The position numbers and the translations under genes are program-made. Positions 44,679 through 55,117 of a stretch of 64,000 nt of DNA are shown piece by piece. Position 1 is the first letter of the stretch. Every line of letters begins with the position of its first letter. Source of the DNA: an uncultured Hyphomicrobium sp. (GTDB lineage Bacteria > Pseudomonadota > Alphaproteobacteria > Rhizobiales > Hyphomicrobiaceae); assembly GCA_964471635.1 (NCBI GenBank), contig CAYYGO010000013.1:10594-74593 (forward strand), written 5' to 3'. The notes under the pieces are model-generated. The model searched no databases and was not told the DNA's origin. It saw nothing but the letters and a program-made list of their open reading frames with translations.

Positions 44679-45527
44679 GTGACCGACGCTTCGGCCAAGC
44701 TCGTCCGCGGGGCCTGGGGCGAGCACCAGCCGGGCGCATTGGCGCGCACGCTCGTTTGGTTGTCTCGGACCACGCTGCTCGGACGCGGACCGGCGCGGAA
44801 GCTCCTCTACAGGCTGTTCCGGACCGTGCATTCGGGCCCCGTCGACGTCGAGGTGTTCGGGGCGCGTGTCAGGCTCTACCCCGCCAACAACGTCTCGGAA
44901 CGCAAGGCGCTGATGCGCCCCGACCGCATGGATGCCCGCGAGCACGCCGTGATCCGCGCGGCTATGGGGGCGCCGGGAGCCGTGTTTCTCGACGTTGGTG
45001 CCAACGCGGGGCTCTACAGTCTCGCCGCGGCGCTCGCCGCGGGGCCTGGCGCACGGATCGTTGCCATCGACCCCAATTCCGAGTTGCTCGACCGCTTGGC
45101 CTTCAACATCGCGCAGGCCCGTCGCGACGGGCGGATCCGCGACGACGCGATGGTCGACCGGGTGCCGGTCGCCATTAGTGCGGCCGACGGCACGGGCATC
45201 CTCGCGGGCGGCGCCGACGAGGGCTCGCGCTCGCTCGAGCGTAAGGGTGAGGGCCGTGAGGTGCCGCTGAAGGCCCTTGCCGGGCTGGTTGCCGCATCGC
45301 GGTTGGTGCGGATCGACGCCATGAAGATCGACGTCGAGGGGCACGAGGACAAAGTGCTGCCCCCGTTCCTGGCTACGGCGCCTCAGTCGCTGTGGCCGCG
45401 GCTCGTCGTGATCGAGCACCTGGCGCGCGACCGGTGGCGGCCCGATGTCATCTCGGACGCTGAGGCGCGAGGCTACAAGGTGCTGTTCACCACCCCGAAC
45501 AACACGGCGCTCGGCTTCCCCGTCTAG
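44679..45527 (+). CDS. FkbM-family SAM-dependent methyltransferase
   Basis: VFLDVGANAGLYSLAAAL...IVAIDPNSELLDRLAFNI...MKIDVEGHEDKVL are FkbM signatures. It has a GTG start. It is inserted between sdhA and sdhB. Confidence 0.75.
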   Translation: MTDASAKLVRGAWGEHQPGALARTLVWLSRTTLLGRGPARKLLYRLFRTVHSGPVDVEVFGARVRLYPANNVSERKALMRPDRMDAREHAVIRAAMGAPGAVFLDVGANAGLYSLAAALAAGPGARIVAIDPNSELLDRLAFNIAQARRDGRIRDDAMVDRVPVAISAADGTGILAGGADEGSRSLERKGEGREVPLKALAGLVAASRLVRIDAMKIDVEGHEDKVLPPFLATAPQSLWPRLVVIEHLARDRWRPDVISDAEARGYKVLFTTPNNTALGFPV

Positions 45528-45662
45528 CCATTCCGGCGCTTGGCCGCGCCGCGGTCACACTTCTCGTCTGCGGCGACGCTATATCTTTGACCATCGCGCC
45601 CGATTCGCCCAAGGCCATGCCCGCCCGGGCGTGCAGCCGGGCACGTCAGCGAGGAGCCGTGC

Positions 45663-46313
45663 ATGGCCAAGGATCCAAAGCGCGCCGAGCCTAAGCCGCC
45701 CGCAGCCGTCGCAAAGAGTGTGGCCAAGGCCGCGGCGTCGCCGCCGGACGCCGATATGCGGATCGCGCCCGATCCCTTTGCCGCGGTCCTCCCGGGGCTG
45801 GCAGCTTTGGGTGCCATCGCCTCGATTGCCGCCATCAACTGGGTAGGGCAGGAACGCACGCCCGACCGTGCGAAAGCGCGCCGCAAGGCGTCCGCGGCAC
45901 TGCGCGACCTCGAGAACTGCTGTCTCGGTCTCACCGAGATCTTTCGCCGCTTCCAGCGCAATCCACGCTTGTTCGCAGGTGAAGGCGCGCAGGGCGCCTC
46001 GCCTTTGAAGTTCGGCGTCTACGGGCCCCGCGCACCCGCCGACGACTGCCGCCTCTATCAGCAGCTCGTTAACGACGTCGCGTCCATGCTCGTGCTGGCC
46101 TCGCAGAACGCCTTCGACGTCATGTGCGCGGTGGAGGACGGCGAGATCGATGCTCCGGAGGAGCTGTTCTATGGCTTCGGCGAGGAGCAGGAGCGGCTCA
46201 ACAAGCTCATCCAGGAGCGCGCCACCCTCAGGCAGACCGTGGACACGTGTGCCAGCGTCGCCGAGCGGCTGACGGCGCTGGTGCGCGAGTTGAAGGCCCA
46301 TCGCGCCGAATAG
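45663..46313 (+). CDS. Hypothetical protein (Lys/Ala/Pro-rich N-terminus, one TM segment, helical C-terminal domain)
   Basis: 216-aa ORF with a plausible single TM segment (FAAVLPGLAALGAIASIAAINWV). No family was recognised. Coding status is inferred from length and composition only. Confidence 0.5.
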   Translation: MAKDPKRAEPKPPAAVAKSVAKAAASPPDADMRIAPDPFAAVLPGLAALGAIASIAAINWVGQERTPDRAKARRKASAALRDLENCCLGLTEIFRRFQRNPRLFAGEGAQGASPLKFGVYGPRAPADDCRLYQQLVNDVASMLVLASQNAFDVMCAVEDGEIDAPEELFYGFGEEQERLNKLIQERATLRQTVDTCASVAERLTALVRELKAHRAE

Positions 46314-46541
46314 CGTGAATTGGCGTGTGAAGCTGCTCTGGCGATTGTCTGGACCTCTCTAACGTAGCGTTGACAGCGGTGCTGCATCGCCGCATCTCAG
46401 AGTGTCGAGTGGGGCGCCAACGGTATCGCGGTCCGAGCTGTGCCGTCGTCAAGGGCACCGAAGGCCGCTATCGCCCTCACCGCCGAACGCGCATCGCTCT
46501 CTGCCTTAAGCCCCGCTCACGAACACCGCCGTCGAGGTCCC

Positions 46542-47321
46542 ATGGTACAGCTGACGCTTCCCAAGAACTCCCAGATCAAGAATGGCAAGATCTGGAACCG
46601 TCCCGAAGGCGAAGGCCGCTGGCGCAAGTTCGAGATCTATCGCTGGAGCCCGGACGACGGCGCCAATCCGCACATCGACACCTACTGGGTGAACCAGAGC
46701 CAGTGCGGACCGATGGTTCTCGACGCGCTGATGAAGATCAAGAACGAGATCGATCCGACGCTGACCTTCCGGCGCTCGTGCCGGGAGGGGATCTGCGGTT
46801 CGTGCGCGATGAACATCGACGGCACCAATACGCTGGCATGTCTGAAGGGGTGCGACGACGTCAAGGACACTGTGCGCATCTATCCGCTGCCGCACATGAA
46901 GGTGATCAAGGACCTTGTGCCCGACATGACAAATTTCTATGCGCAGCATCGGTCGATCGAGCCCTGGCTCAAGACCGATACGCCTGCGCCGCCCAAGGAA
47001 TGGAAGCAGAGCCGCCAAGACCGCGAGAAGCTGGATGGGCTCTACGAATGCATTCTCTGCGCCTGCTGCTCGACGTCCTGCCCGAGCTATTGGTGGAACT
47101 CGGACCGCTACCTGGGCCCCGCCGTTCTGCTGCAAGCATATCGGTGGGTGATCGACAGCCGGGACGAGGCGACCGGTGAGCGTCTCGACAACCTCGAGGA
47201 TCCGTTCCGGCTCTATCGCTGCCACACCATCATGAATTGCGCGAAGGCATGTCCGAAAGGGCTCTCGCCGGCCAAGGCCATCGCCGAGTTGAAGAAACTC
47301 ATGGTGGAACGCCGGGTCTGA
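46542..47321 (+). CDS. sdhB: Succinate dehydrogenase iron-sulfur subunit
   Basis: RKFEIYRW...[21 protein letters not shown]...[17 protein letters not shown]...[15 protein letters not shown]. All three Fe-S cluster Cys motifs are present. Confidence 0.95.
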   Translation: MVQLTLPKNSQIKNGKIWNRPEGEGRWRKFEIYRWSPDDGANPHIDTYWVNQSQCGPMVLDALMKIKNEIDPTLTFRRSCREGICGSCAMNIDGTNTLACLKGCDDVKDTVRIYPLPHMKVIKDLVPDMTNFYAQHRSIEPWLKTDTPAPPKEWKQSRQDREKLDGLYECILCACCSTSCPSYWWNSDRYLGPAVLLQAYRWVIDSRDEATGERLDNLEDPFRLYRCHTIMNCAKACPKGLSPAKAIAELKKLMVERRV

Positions 47322-47385
47322 CAGCAAAGGTGGCTACCATCGGTCGTAAGCCCCACTAAGAAGTCATTGCGGGCGCCAAAACAAC

Positions 47386-47419
47386 AAGGCCGATGGCGCA
47401 TGTCGCTGCCATCGGCCTT
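47386..47419. terminator. Bidirectional intrinsic terminator between convergent sdhB and the small Lys/Ala-rich gene
   Basis: 12 bp perfect stem AAGGCCGATGGC / GCCATCGGCCTT with a 10 nt loop. It is flanked by CAAAACAACA on the left (T-rich on the minus strand) and TGAGTTTCG on the right. Confidence 0.65.
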
Positions 47420-47494
47420 TGAGTTTCGCACTCCGGGTTCCGGTCGGCGGCGCTCCAGGTGCCCAATCCCTTGAGCGCGCGACGACGCGGATGC

Positions 47495-47644
47495 TCAGGC
47501 GGCCTTGCGCGTCTTGCGGGCGGCCTTCGGGGCAGCCTTCGGCTTGCGCACAACTTTCGCCTTTGCCTTTGCGGCAGGCTTGCGAGCGGTCGTCTTCTTG
47601 GCAGCGGCCTTTGCAGGGGCCTTCTTGGCAGCGGTCTTAGCCAT
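47495..47644 (-). CDS. 49-aa Lys/Ala-rich basic protein (histone H1-like / nucleoid-associated-type), absent from the ORF track
   Basis: Manual translation of the minus strand gives MAKTAAKKAPAKAAAKKTTARKPAAKAKAKVVRKPKAAPKAARKTRKAA*. The ATG is at 47644-47642 and the TGA at 47497-47495. A purine-rich leader lies upstream and a bidirectional terminator about 75 nt downstream. Confidence 0.6.
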   Translation of the reverse strand: MAKTAAKKAPAKAAAKKTTARKPAAKAKAKVVRKPKAAPKAARKTRKAA

Positions 47645-47652
47645 GGATCTTT

Positions 47653-47672
47653 CTCTCTCTCTCTCTCTCTCT
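47653..47672. repeat. (CT)10 / (AG)10 dinucleotide microsatellite
   Basis: Read directly as ctctctctctctctctctct within the polypyrimidine tract 47648-47676. On the minus strand it is (AG)10, ending 8 nt upstream of the small gene's ATG. Confidence 0.95.
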
Positions 47673-48252
47673 TTTCAGGTCATGCGCCCGAATCAATCCG
47701 GACACGAAAAAAAGATGAGCAAGTTCGACGAATTTGTTGACATGCAAAATCAATTGGCTTGCCCCAATCATGCGTCATTGCAGGCTGTGTGTTGCGTGAA
47801 ATCATCAATTTTTGTGTTTTTGCAGTCGACTAAGTCGTCTCAGCTCATTTGAGGCCGGAGGCAAGTCACCGGATTGACCGCCCGCTCACGACTTTCTTCG
47901 CTGGTGCTTGTCACGTCGCTGACATGCGTCCGTGGTTAGAAGGGACAACGAGTGAGAGACCCCTGCCAGTGGCGTACCGGTATTGCGTGGTCAGGCGAGG
48001 CGCTTTCACTCGGTCGGTTTGCAGGGGCTGCGGCTTGAGTGCTTGACGCACTTGCCAGCAGCCCTTCGCGCTTTCGGCGCCTTGCCTTGCGCCATCTCGC
48101 TCTCGCGATACTGTCTGCCGATCGAAATCCCTCCGAACGGTTCTCGCGCTACGCGGCGCGGCATTGCGCGACGTGGCGTGCCTCGGATCGCGATCGCGCG
48201 CCTGCACGAGGTGGTTATCGGCGGCGACGGCGGATATCACTCGCCGCATACG

Positions 48253-48296
48253 CGAACGGGCGCGTACTGCGCGCCCGTTCGGTTTGTGTTTCTCTT
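48253..48296 (+). terminator. Strong orphan intrinsic terminator
   Basis: 11-12 bp perfect GC-rich stem GAACGGGCGCG-TACTG-CGCGCCCGTTC followed by GGTTTGTGTTTCTCTT. No convincing plus-strand CDS ends upstream of it. Confidence 0.6.
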
Positions 48297-48485
48297 GGCC
48301 CCGGAAGGTGGCGTGGGCAGATCCCGGGTAGACGTCGCACGGGCGGAGGCGCCTCGACGGCTCGCGCAGGTTCGATCCTGACGGATGAGCTTCCAGCCTC
48401 GGTGGCCTGCTCCAAGTCTCTGCTTCAGAGCTTCAATCACGCCTTCGACGGCAGCGAAGCCGCTTCCATCTCAGTCGAGCAGGCT

Positions 48486-49091
48486 CTAGGCCGCAGAGCT
48501 CGATTGCGCCGATGTATCCGGGCGTTTGGCGGAGCGCTGCTTGAGGTCCAGCACGGCCATCATGTAGCCGACCCGATCCTCGACCGCCTCGGCCAGGATC
48601 GAGAAGTAGTTGGCCTCCTGCGGAACGATATCGCCGATCACCTCACCGTATTCGAACTTCAGCTCCGCCTCGTGCTTCCTGGCGATGGCCTGCATCTTCA
48701 CGTTCTCTGCGAGGCAACTCATGTAGAGGTGGTGCACTCCGCGATTGCGCGCCGCGCGGATGACGCGTCCCATGAGCTCGGACCCAAGGCCCCGCTCCTG
48801 GAACGCGCGCTCGACCGAGAACGCGGCCTCGGCCTCGTGACCCCAGGAGTCGCCAAGCTTTCGCAACTCGGCCACGGCGCGAACTTCGCCGTCCTCGATG
48901 TAGCCGTAGGCGATGGAGCCCATCTCGTTCATGCGCGCAGCATAATCCTCGATGAAGCTGTCGGAAACGGCATGCGCGAAGCGCATGCGGCGGCTGTCCT
49001 TGTCGAGCCGCAGTAGGTGGTCGCGGAACTTGTCCGTTTCCGACGGCCACAGCTTGCGGATCGTGCCGCCGGCCCGATGACGCTCGCTCAT
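48486..49091 (-). CDS. GNAT-family N-acetyltransferase
   Basis: The acetyl-CoA-binding-type block is FSVERAFQERGLGSELMGRVIRAARNRGVHHLYMSC. The ATG at 49091 is preceded by GGAGG. Confidence 0.75.
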   Translation of the reverse strand: MSERHRAGGTIRKLWPSETDKFRDHLLRLDKDSRRMRFAHAVSDSFIEDYAARMNEMGSIAYGYIEDGEVRAVAELRKLGDSWGHEAEAAFSVERAFQERGLGSELMGRVIRAARNRGVHHLYMSCLAENVKMQAIARKHEAELKFEYGEVIGDIVPQEANYFSILAEAVEDRVGYMMAVLDLKQRSAKRPDTSAQSSSAA

Positions 49092-49551
49092 GTCATGTAC
49101 CTCCGTGGAGGGTTGCTCCTGATCATTCCGGCGGTCCCGCCGGCCTGCTCTTCGGCAGGCTTGTCCGCGACCGCAACGCTCGCACCGATCGAGTGTCGGT
49201 TCGGCGCGTCGAGCCATTATAATGCATCGCACAATGGACCGGAATGATGACTGGATTGGAAAAATTGATTATGGCATGCGTTCGGCGCGGGTCAGCATTG
49301 TGCGCTGCGGCATAAATCCTGCCGGCTGTTGGCGATCCATGCGCCGGAGTGCCGCACGCGACCAGTGTCGCGTCAGAGCAGTGCCACGGCCGAACGCGGG
49401 CTTTCACAGTCGAGCAGTTCGCGCTTAGCGTTTGCCAAACGCGGTCCGGCTACGGCACCTATGGGGCCGGCCGGCTCCGACGCGAGCCCATCGCATCGGG
49501 TGCGAGGGCAGGCGGGCGAGGGCAGGCGGGCAGACGGAGCGGCGGAGCGGA

Positions 49552-50676
49552 ATGCGGGCCCGGGTCATCGAGCGATACCAGGAGCTGTTGCGGACGGGCG
49601 AGATCGAGCCCGATCCTGCGCAAGCGGCCGTGGTTGCCGAACTCGATCGCCTCGCCGTCGCGCTCGCCGGCTGGAAACCGCCGCGGCGGGGGCTGTTTTC
49701 CCGCTTCGCCCGCGAGCAGGGCGTTCGTCCGAAGGGGCTTTATCTTCACGGAGGTGTCGGCCGCGGCAAGACGATGCTGATGGACATCTTCTACGCCGCC
49801 GTCGAATTCCGGCCCAAGCGGCGTAGTCACTTCCACGCCTTCATGGCCGAGGCGCACGAGCGCATTGCAGTGGCCCGCAAAACCGTCGACGGAGACCCCA
49901 TTCCGATTGTGGCTCTCGAGATGGCTGGCGATCCGGGGCTGCTTTGCTTCGACGAGCTGCACGTCACCGACATCGCGGACGCGATGATCCTCGGGCGCTT
50001 CTTCAAAGTGGTCTTCGAGCGCGGCGTGGTGATCGTCTCGACCTCCAACGCGCATCCGTCCGAGCTTTACCGGAACGGCCTCAATCGACAGCTCTTTCTG
50101 CCGTTCATAGATCTTATCGAGGACAACCTCGACGTCCACGAGGTCCAGTCGGCCAAGGATTTCCGGCTCGACAAGCTGTCCGGCCATCCACTTTTTTTCA
50201 CGCCGGCCGATGCCTCGGCCCGCGCCGAGCTCGACCGTCACTGGCTTCGGCTTGCGGGCCCTGGAGCGCGCGGCGGCGTCGACCTTGAGATCAAGGGACG
50301 CAAGCTGCATGTGCCGCAGGCCTCGACCGCCATGGGCGTGGCGCGCTTTCGTTTCGAGGAACTGTGCGATCGTCCGCTCGGCTCAGGCGACTATCTCGGG
50401 CTCGCACAGACCTTCCACACCATCCTCATCGACGGTATTCCGAAGCTCGATCCCTCGCGCCGCGATGTTGCTCGGCGCTTTATCAATCTGATCGATACAC
50501 TTTATGACAACCGCATCTGCCTGATTGCGTCGGCAGAGGCCGAGCCCGACGACCTCTACACGCGCGGCGATGGCTCCGATCTTTTCCAACGCACCGCCTC
50601 GCGGCTGATGGAAATGCGCAGTGAGGGCTACTTGCTGGCCCGCTGGCAAGGCCGCGAGAGGGAGGCGGTTCTTTGA
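49552..50676 (+). CDS. zapE: AFG1/ZapE-family ATPase
   Basis: Walker A is GLYLHGGVGRGKTMLMD and Walker B is LLCFDELHVTDIADAM. It occupies the conserved position upstream of mdh seen in alphaproteobacteria. Confidence 0.85.
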   Translation: MRARVIERYQELLRTGEIEPDPAQAAVVAELDRLAVALAGWKPPRRGLFSRFAREQGVRPKGLYLHGGVGRGKTMLMDIFYAAVEFRPKRRSHFHAFMAEAHERIAVARKTVDGDPIPIVALEMAGDPGLLCFDELHVTDIADAMILGRFFKVVFERGVVIVSTSNAHPSELYRNGLNRQLFLPFIDLIEDNLDVHEVQSAKDFRLDKLSGHPLFFTPADASARAELDRHWLRLAGPGARGGVDLEIKGRKLHVPQASTAMGVARFRFEELCDRPLGSGDYLGLAQTFHTILIDGIPKLDPSRRDVARRFINLIDTLYDNRICLIASAEAEPDDLYTRGDGSDLFQRTASRLMEMRSEGYLLARWQGREREAVL

Positions 50677-50788
50677 CCGCGCTACTGACTCGCGGGGAGG
50701 GTCGCCTGGTCCGTCACACCGCTCCGTTTTCCAGACTTTGGTTCGAGAGCGGATGCATTAACTTGAGGTGCCCTGCTTTTCCCGCTAA

Positions 50789-51874
<1,086 letters not shown>

Positions 51875-52049
51875 CTCCGAGAGGCCCGCTGCGGCGCGCT
51901 CGGAACCGGACGCGCCGCCTCGGTAACTCGCTGCCGCAGGACAGTTCGCCGCAGATAGGCCGAGCGGATGGTCCAAGCGCTTGGTATACGGTATGCCAGA
52001 CTAAAGTCGAGGTTTCGCCGACGACGAGCCTCAGCATGGGAGCCCGAAT

Positions 52050-53246
52050 ATGAACATCCACGAGTACCAGGCCAAAGAGCTTTACCGGCAATACGGTGTG
52101 CCGACCGCACAGGGGTTTCCGGCATTCACCGTGGAGGAGGCGGTCGCGGCGGCGAAGAAGCTGCCGGGTCCGGTCTGGGTCGTGAAGGCACAGATCCATG
52201 CCGGCGGACGCGGAAAAGGCAAGTTCAAGGAAGCGGCGGCCGGCGCCGCAGGCGGCGTTCGCATCGCCAAGTCGATCGACGAGGTCAAGACCTACGCCGG
52301 TCAGATGCTGGGCAATACGCTCGTCACGCTTCAGACCGGTGATGCCGGTCGCCAGGTCAAGCGGCTCTACGTCGAGGATGGCTCGGCGATCGACCGCGAG
52401 CTCTATCTCTCGGCGCTGGTCGACCGCGCCACCTCGCGCGTTGCCTTCATCGTCAGCCAGGCCGGCGGCATGAACATCGAGGAGGTCGCCCACGACACGC
52501 CAGAGAAGATCATGACGATGTCGATCGATCCGGCCACGGGCTTCCAGCCGTTCCATGGCCGCAAGGTCGCGTTCGCGCTCGGCCTAACGGGCGAGGCTCA
52601 GAAGACGTGCGTAAAGATGGTCGGCGACCTCTACCGGATGGTGGTCGAGAAGGACATGAGCCTGCTCGAGATCAATCCGCTCGTCGTTACGAAGGACGGC
52701 AAGCTGGTCTGCCTCGACGGCAAGATGAATTTCGATTCGAACGCCCTCTACCGCCATCCCGAAATCGTCGCCATGCGCGACGAGGGCGAGGAGGACCCGA
52801 TGGAGATCGAGGCCTCGAAGTTTGACCTCTCGTTCATCAAGCTCGACGGCGAAATAGGCTGCATGGTCAACGGTGCCGGCCTAGCGATGGCGACCATGGA
52901 CATCATCAAGCTGTATGGCATGGAGCCCGCCAACTTCCTCGACGTGGGCGGCGGAGCCTCGAAGGAGAAGGTGCAGGCGGCCTTCAAGATCATTCTCGCC
53001 GATCCGTCGGTGAAGGGCATCCTGGTCAACATTTTCGGCGGCATCATGCGCTGCGACATCATCGCGGAGGGCATCATCGCCGCCGCCAAGGAGATGTCGA
53101 TCACAGTGCCGCTGGTGGTGCGCCTCGAAGGCACCAACGTCGAGCTTGGCAAAGAGATCCTCGGCGCTTCCGGGCTCAAGATCGTCGCTGCCGACAACCT
53201 TGCCGACGCGGCCAAGAAGATCACGGATGCCGTGAAGGCCGCCTGA
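52050..53246 (+). CDS. sucC: Succinyl-CoA synthetase beta subunit (ADP-forming)
   Basis: [19 protein letters not shown]...[16 protein letters not shown]...[10 protein letters not shown]. Confidence 0.97.
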   Translation: MNIHEYQAKELYRQYGVPTAQGFPAFTVEEAVAAAKKLPGPVWVVKAQIHAGGRGKGKFKEAAAGAAGGVRIAKSIDEVKTYAGQMLGNTLVTLQTGDAGRQVKRLYVEDGSAIDRELYLSALVDRATSRVAFIVSQAGGMNIEEVAHDTPEKIMTMSIDPATGFQPFHGRKVAFALGLTGEAQKTCVKMVGDLYRMVVEKDMSLLEINPLVVTKDGKLVCLDGKMNFDSNALYRHPEIVAMRDEGEEDPMEIEASKFDLSFIKLDGEIGCMVNGAGLAMATMDIIKLYGMEPANFLDVGGGASKEKVQAAFKIILADPSVKGILVNIFGGIMRCDIIAEGIIAAAKEMSITVPLVVRLEGTNVELGKEILGASGLKIVAADNLADAAKKITDAVKAA

Positions 53247-53301
53247 GACCGGGCGTCAGCCGCATCGCATCGAAGTACGCTCCCATTCAGGAAGGCTCGC
53301 T

Positions 53302-54201
53302 ATGGCCATTCTCATCGACAACACCACCAAGATCATCGTTCAGGGCATCACCGGCGCCCAGGGAACGTTTCACACGAAACAAGCCAAAGCCTACGGCACT
53401 CCCTGCGCAGGCGGTGTGACGCCCGGCAAGGGCGGCACCAAGCACCCGGACGCGGATCTCGCCGATGTGCCGATGTTCGACACCGTGCTCGACGCCAAGA
53501 AGGCGACCGGGGCCACGGCAAGCGCCGTGTACGTCCCGCCGCCGTTCGCAGCCGACGCCATCCTCGAGGCGATCGACGCCGAGATCCCGCTCATCGTGTG
53601 CATCACCGAAGGTATCCCGGTGATGGACATGATCCGGGTCAAACGGGCGCTGGTTGCGTCCCGTTCGCGGCTGCTCGGACCCAACTGTCCGGGCATCTTG
53701 ACGCCCAATCAGTGCAAAATCGGCATCATGCCGGGCAATATCTTCAAGGCTGGCAACGTGGGCATCGTCTCGCGCTCTGGGACGCTCACGTACGAAGCGG
53801 TGAAGCAGACGACGGACGCGGGTCTCGGCCAGTCGACCGCGGTCGGCATCGGCGGCGATCCCGTGAAGGGCACCGAGTTCATTGACGTGCTCGAGATGTT
53901 TCTCGCCGACCCCGCCACCCACTCGATCATCATGATCGGTGAGATCGGCGGCTCAGCCGAGGAAGAGGCGGCCGAGTTCATCGCGCGCGAGGCGAAGAAG
54001 GGCCGCAAGAAGCCCATGGCCGGCTTCATCGCTGGGGCGTCGGCGCCTCCGGGCCGCCGCATGGGGCACGCGGGCGCAATCATCTCGGGTGGCAAGGGCA
54101 AGGCCGAAGACAAGATTGCGGCGATGCAGGCGGCCGGCATTGCCATGGCTGACAGTCCGGCCTCGCTTGGCACCACGCTGCTGGCGCGCCTGAAAGGTTG
54201 A
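53302..54201 (+). CDS. sucD: Succinyl-CoA synthetase alpha subunit
   Basis: [24 protein letters not shown]...[11 protein letters not shown]...[12 protein letters not shown] (phosphohistidine loop). Confidence 0.97.
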   Translation: MAILIDNTTKIIVQGITGAQGTFHTKQAKAYGTPCAGGVTPGKGGTKHPDADLADVPMFDTVLDAKKATGATASAVYVPPPFAADAILEAIDAEIPLIVCITEGIPVMDMIRVKRALVASRSRLLGPNCPGILTPNQCKIGIMPGNIFKAGNVGIVSRSGTLTYEAVKQTTDAGLGQSTAVGIGGDPVKGTEFIDVLEMFLADPATHSIIMIGEIGGSAEEEAAEFIAREAKKGRKKPMAGFIAGASAPPGRRMGHAGAIISGGKGKAEDKIAAMQAAGIAMADSPASLGTTLLARLKG

Positions 54202-54208
54202 GCATCCG

Positions 54209-54231
54209 TCGGCCGCCCTGCGGGCGGCTGA
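54209..54231 (+). terminator. Short GC hairpin after sucD (weak terminator or attenuator)
   Basis: GCCGCCC-TGC-GGGCGGC extends to about 10 bp with one G-U pair. It begins 8 nt after the sucD stop and has no T tract. Confidence 0.3.
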
Positions 54232-54402
54232 TATGCGACGGATGGAGAGGGCCGCGCATCAGGTGCGTCCCGGATCGAGCTTCGAGCGGACGCGTCGCCC
54301 GCGCCTTTTCGGAGCCAGCCTTGTTGGCTAGGACAAGTGAGGGCTTGCCGCGCCAACGGCACACCGCCAGAGTATGGGCGGTGTCGGCAGGAGGCAGCCC
54401 GC

Positions 54403-54927
54403 ATGGCGCGGATGTTCCACGTTCGGGTCGCCGAAGGCGCCGACGATGCCGCCGTGGGTGCTCTGCTTCGCGCGTCCTATTCCACCTTGATGTCCGCGAG
54501 CTATCCAGCAGATGTGCTCGCCGCGGCATTGCCGCTCATGACGGTCGCACGACCTGAGCTGTTGATGTCGGGCACCTTTTTCGTCGCCGTTCCGGACGCG
54601 ACCGGCGCGGCAGCCCCCGCCACGCTCATCGGCTGCGGCGGCTGGACGCCCGAGCGGCCCGGCGCGGGCACCGTCGTGCCTGGCGTCGGTCATGTCCGTC
54701 ATTTCGCGACCCATCCGGCATGGATCAGGGCGGGTATCGGCCGCGCGATCATGAGCGTGATTGTCGACCAGGCCCGTTCCGCGGGATCTGCAACGCTCGA
54801 GGTTCTTTCGAGCCTTGGGGCAGAGCCGTTCTACGCGGCCCTGGGGTTCGAGCCGATTCGGGCCACGACCGTCGTGTTGGCTGGAACAACCCCCTTCCCG
54901 AGCGTCGAAATGCGGCGCAAAACATGA
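54403..54927 (+). CDS. GNAT-family N-acetyltransferase
   Basis: VRHFATHPAWIRAGIGRAIMSVIVDQARSAGSATLEVLSSLGAEPFYAALGFEP is a GNAT motif A/B-like block. AGGAGG lies upstream of the ATG at 54403. It sits between sucD and sucA. Confidence 0.7.
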   Translation: MARMFHVRVAEGADDAAVGALLRASYSTLMSASYPADVLAAALPLMTVARPELLMSGTFFVAVPDATGAAAPATLIGCGGWTPERPGAGTVVPGVGHVRHFATHPAWIRAGIGRAIMSVIVDQARSAGSATLEVLSSLGAEPFYAALGFEPIRATTVVLAGTTPFPSVEMRRKT

Positions 54928-55117
54928 CTGTGCCGAGGTCGTTCCTTGCCACTTTCGACGGTCTTATGAGCTACAGTCAAACGAGCTACATACTGCGGCA
55001 ATATCGCGCTGCGATCAGGTTTGACCGCCAGCGGCCGCCGGCAGAGGCGCGTTGCCTCGCGGCACCCTCGACGGCCGCACACTCCCCCATTGGCAGGCCA
55101 CAGAACAGGGATCTTGC

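Noticed and set aside
44338-44682. 114-aa ORF in the sdhA-FkbM spacer.
   Set aside because: It has no recognisable motif, no SD, and an Arg/Gly/Ser/Thr-rich composition. It overlaps a tandem 14-mer repeat and is treated as non-coding.
47459-47852. Three overlapping plus-strand ORFs (73-115 aa) rich in Ala/Leu/Arg/Phe.
   Set aside because: They are frame and strand shadows of the Lys/Ala-rich minus-strand gene and the (CT)10 tract. The minus-strand reading has a proper start, stop, leader and terminator.
48369-48378. GGTTCGATCC T-loop-like motif hinting at a tRNA or tmRNA in the non-coding gap.
   Set aside because: The flanking bases do not form a T stem (GCGCAG versus CTGACG). No acceptor stem, anticodon arm or tmRNA tag ORF could be built around it.
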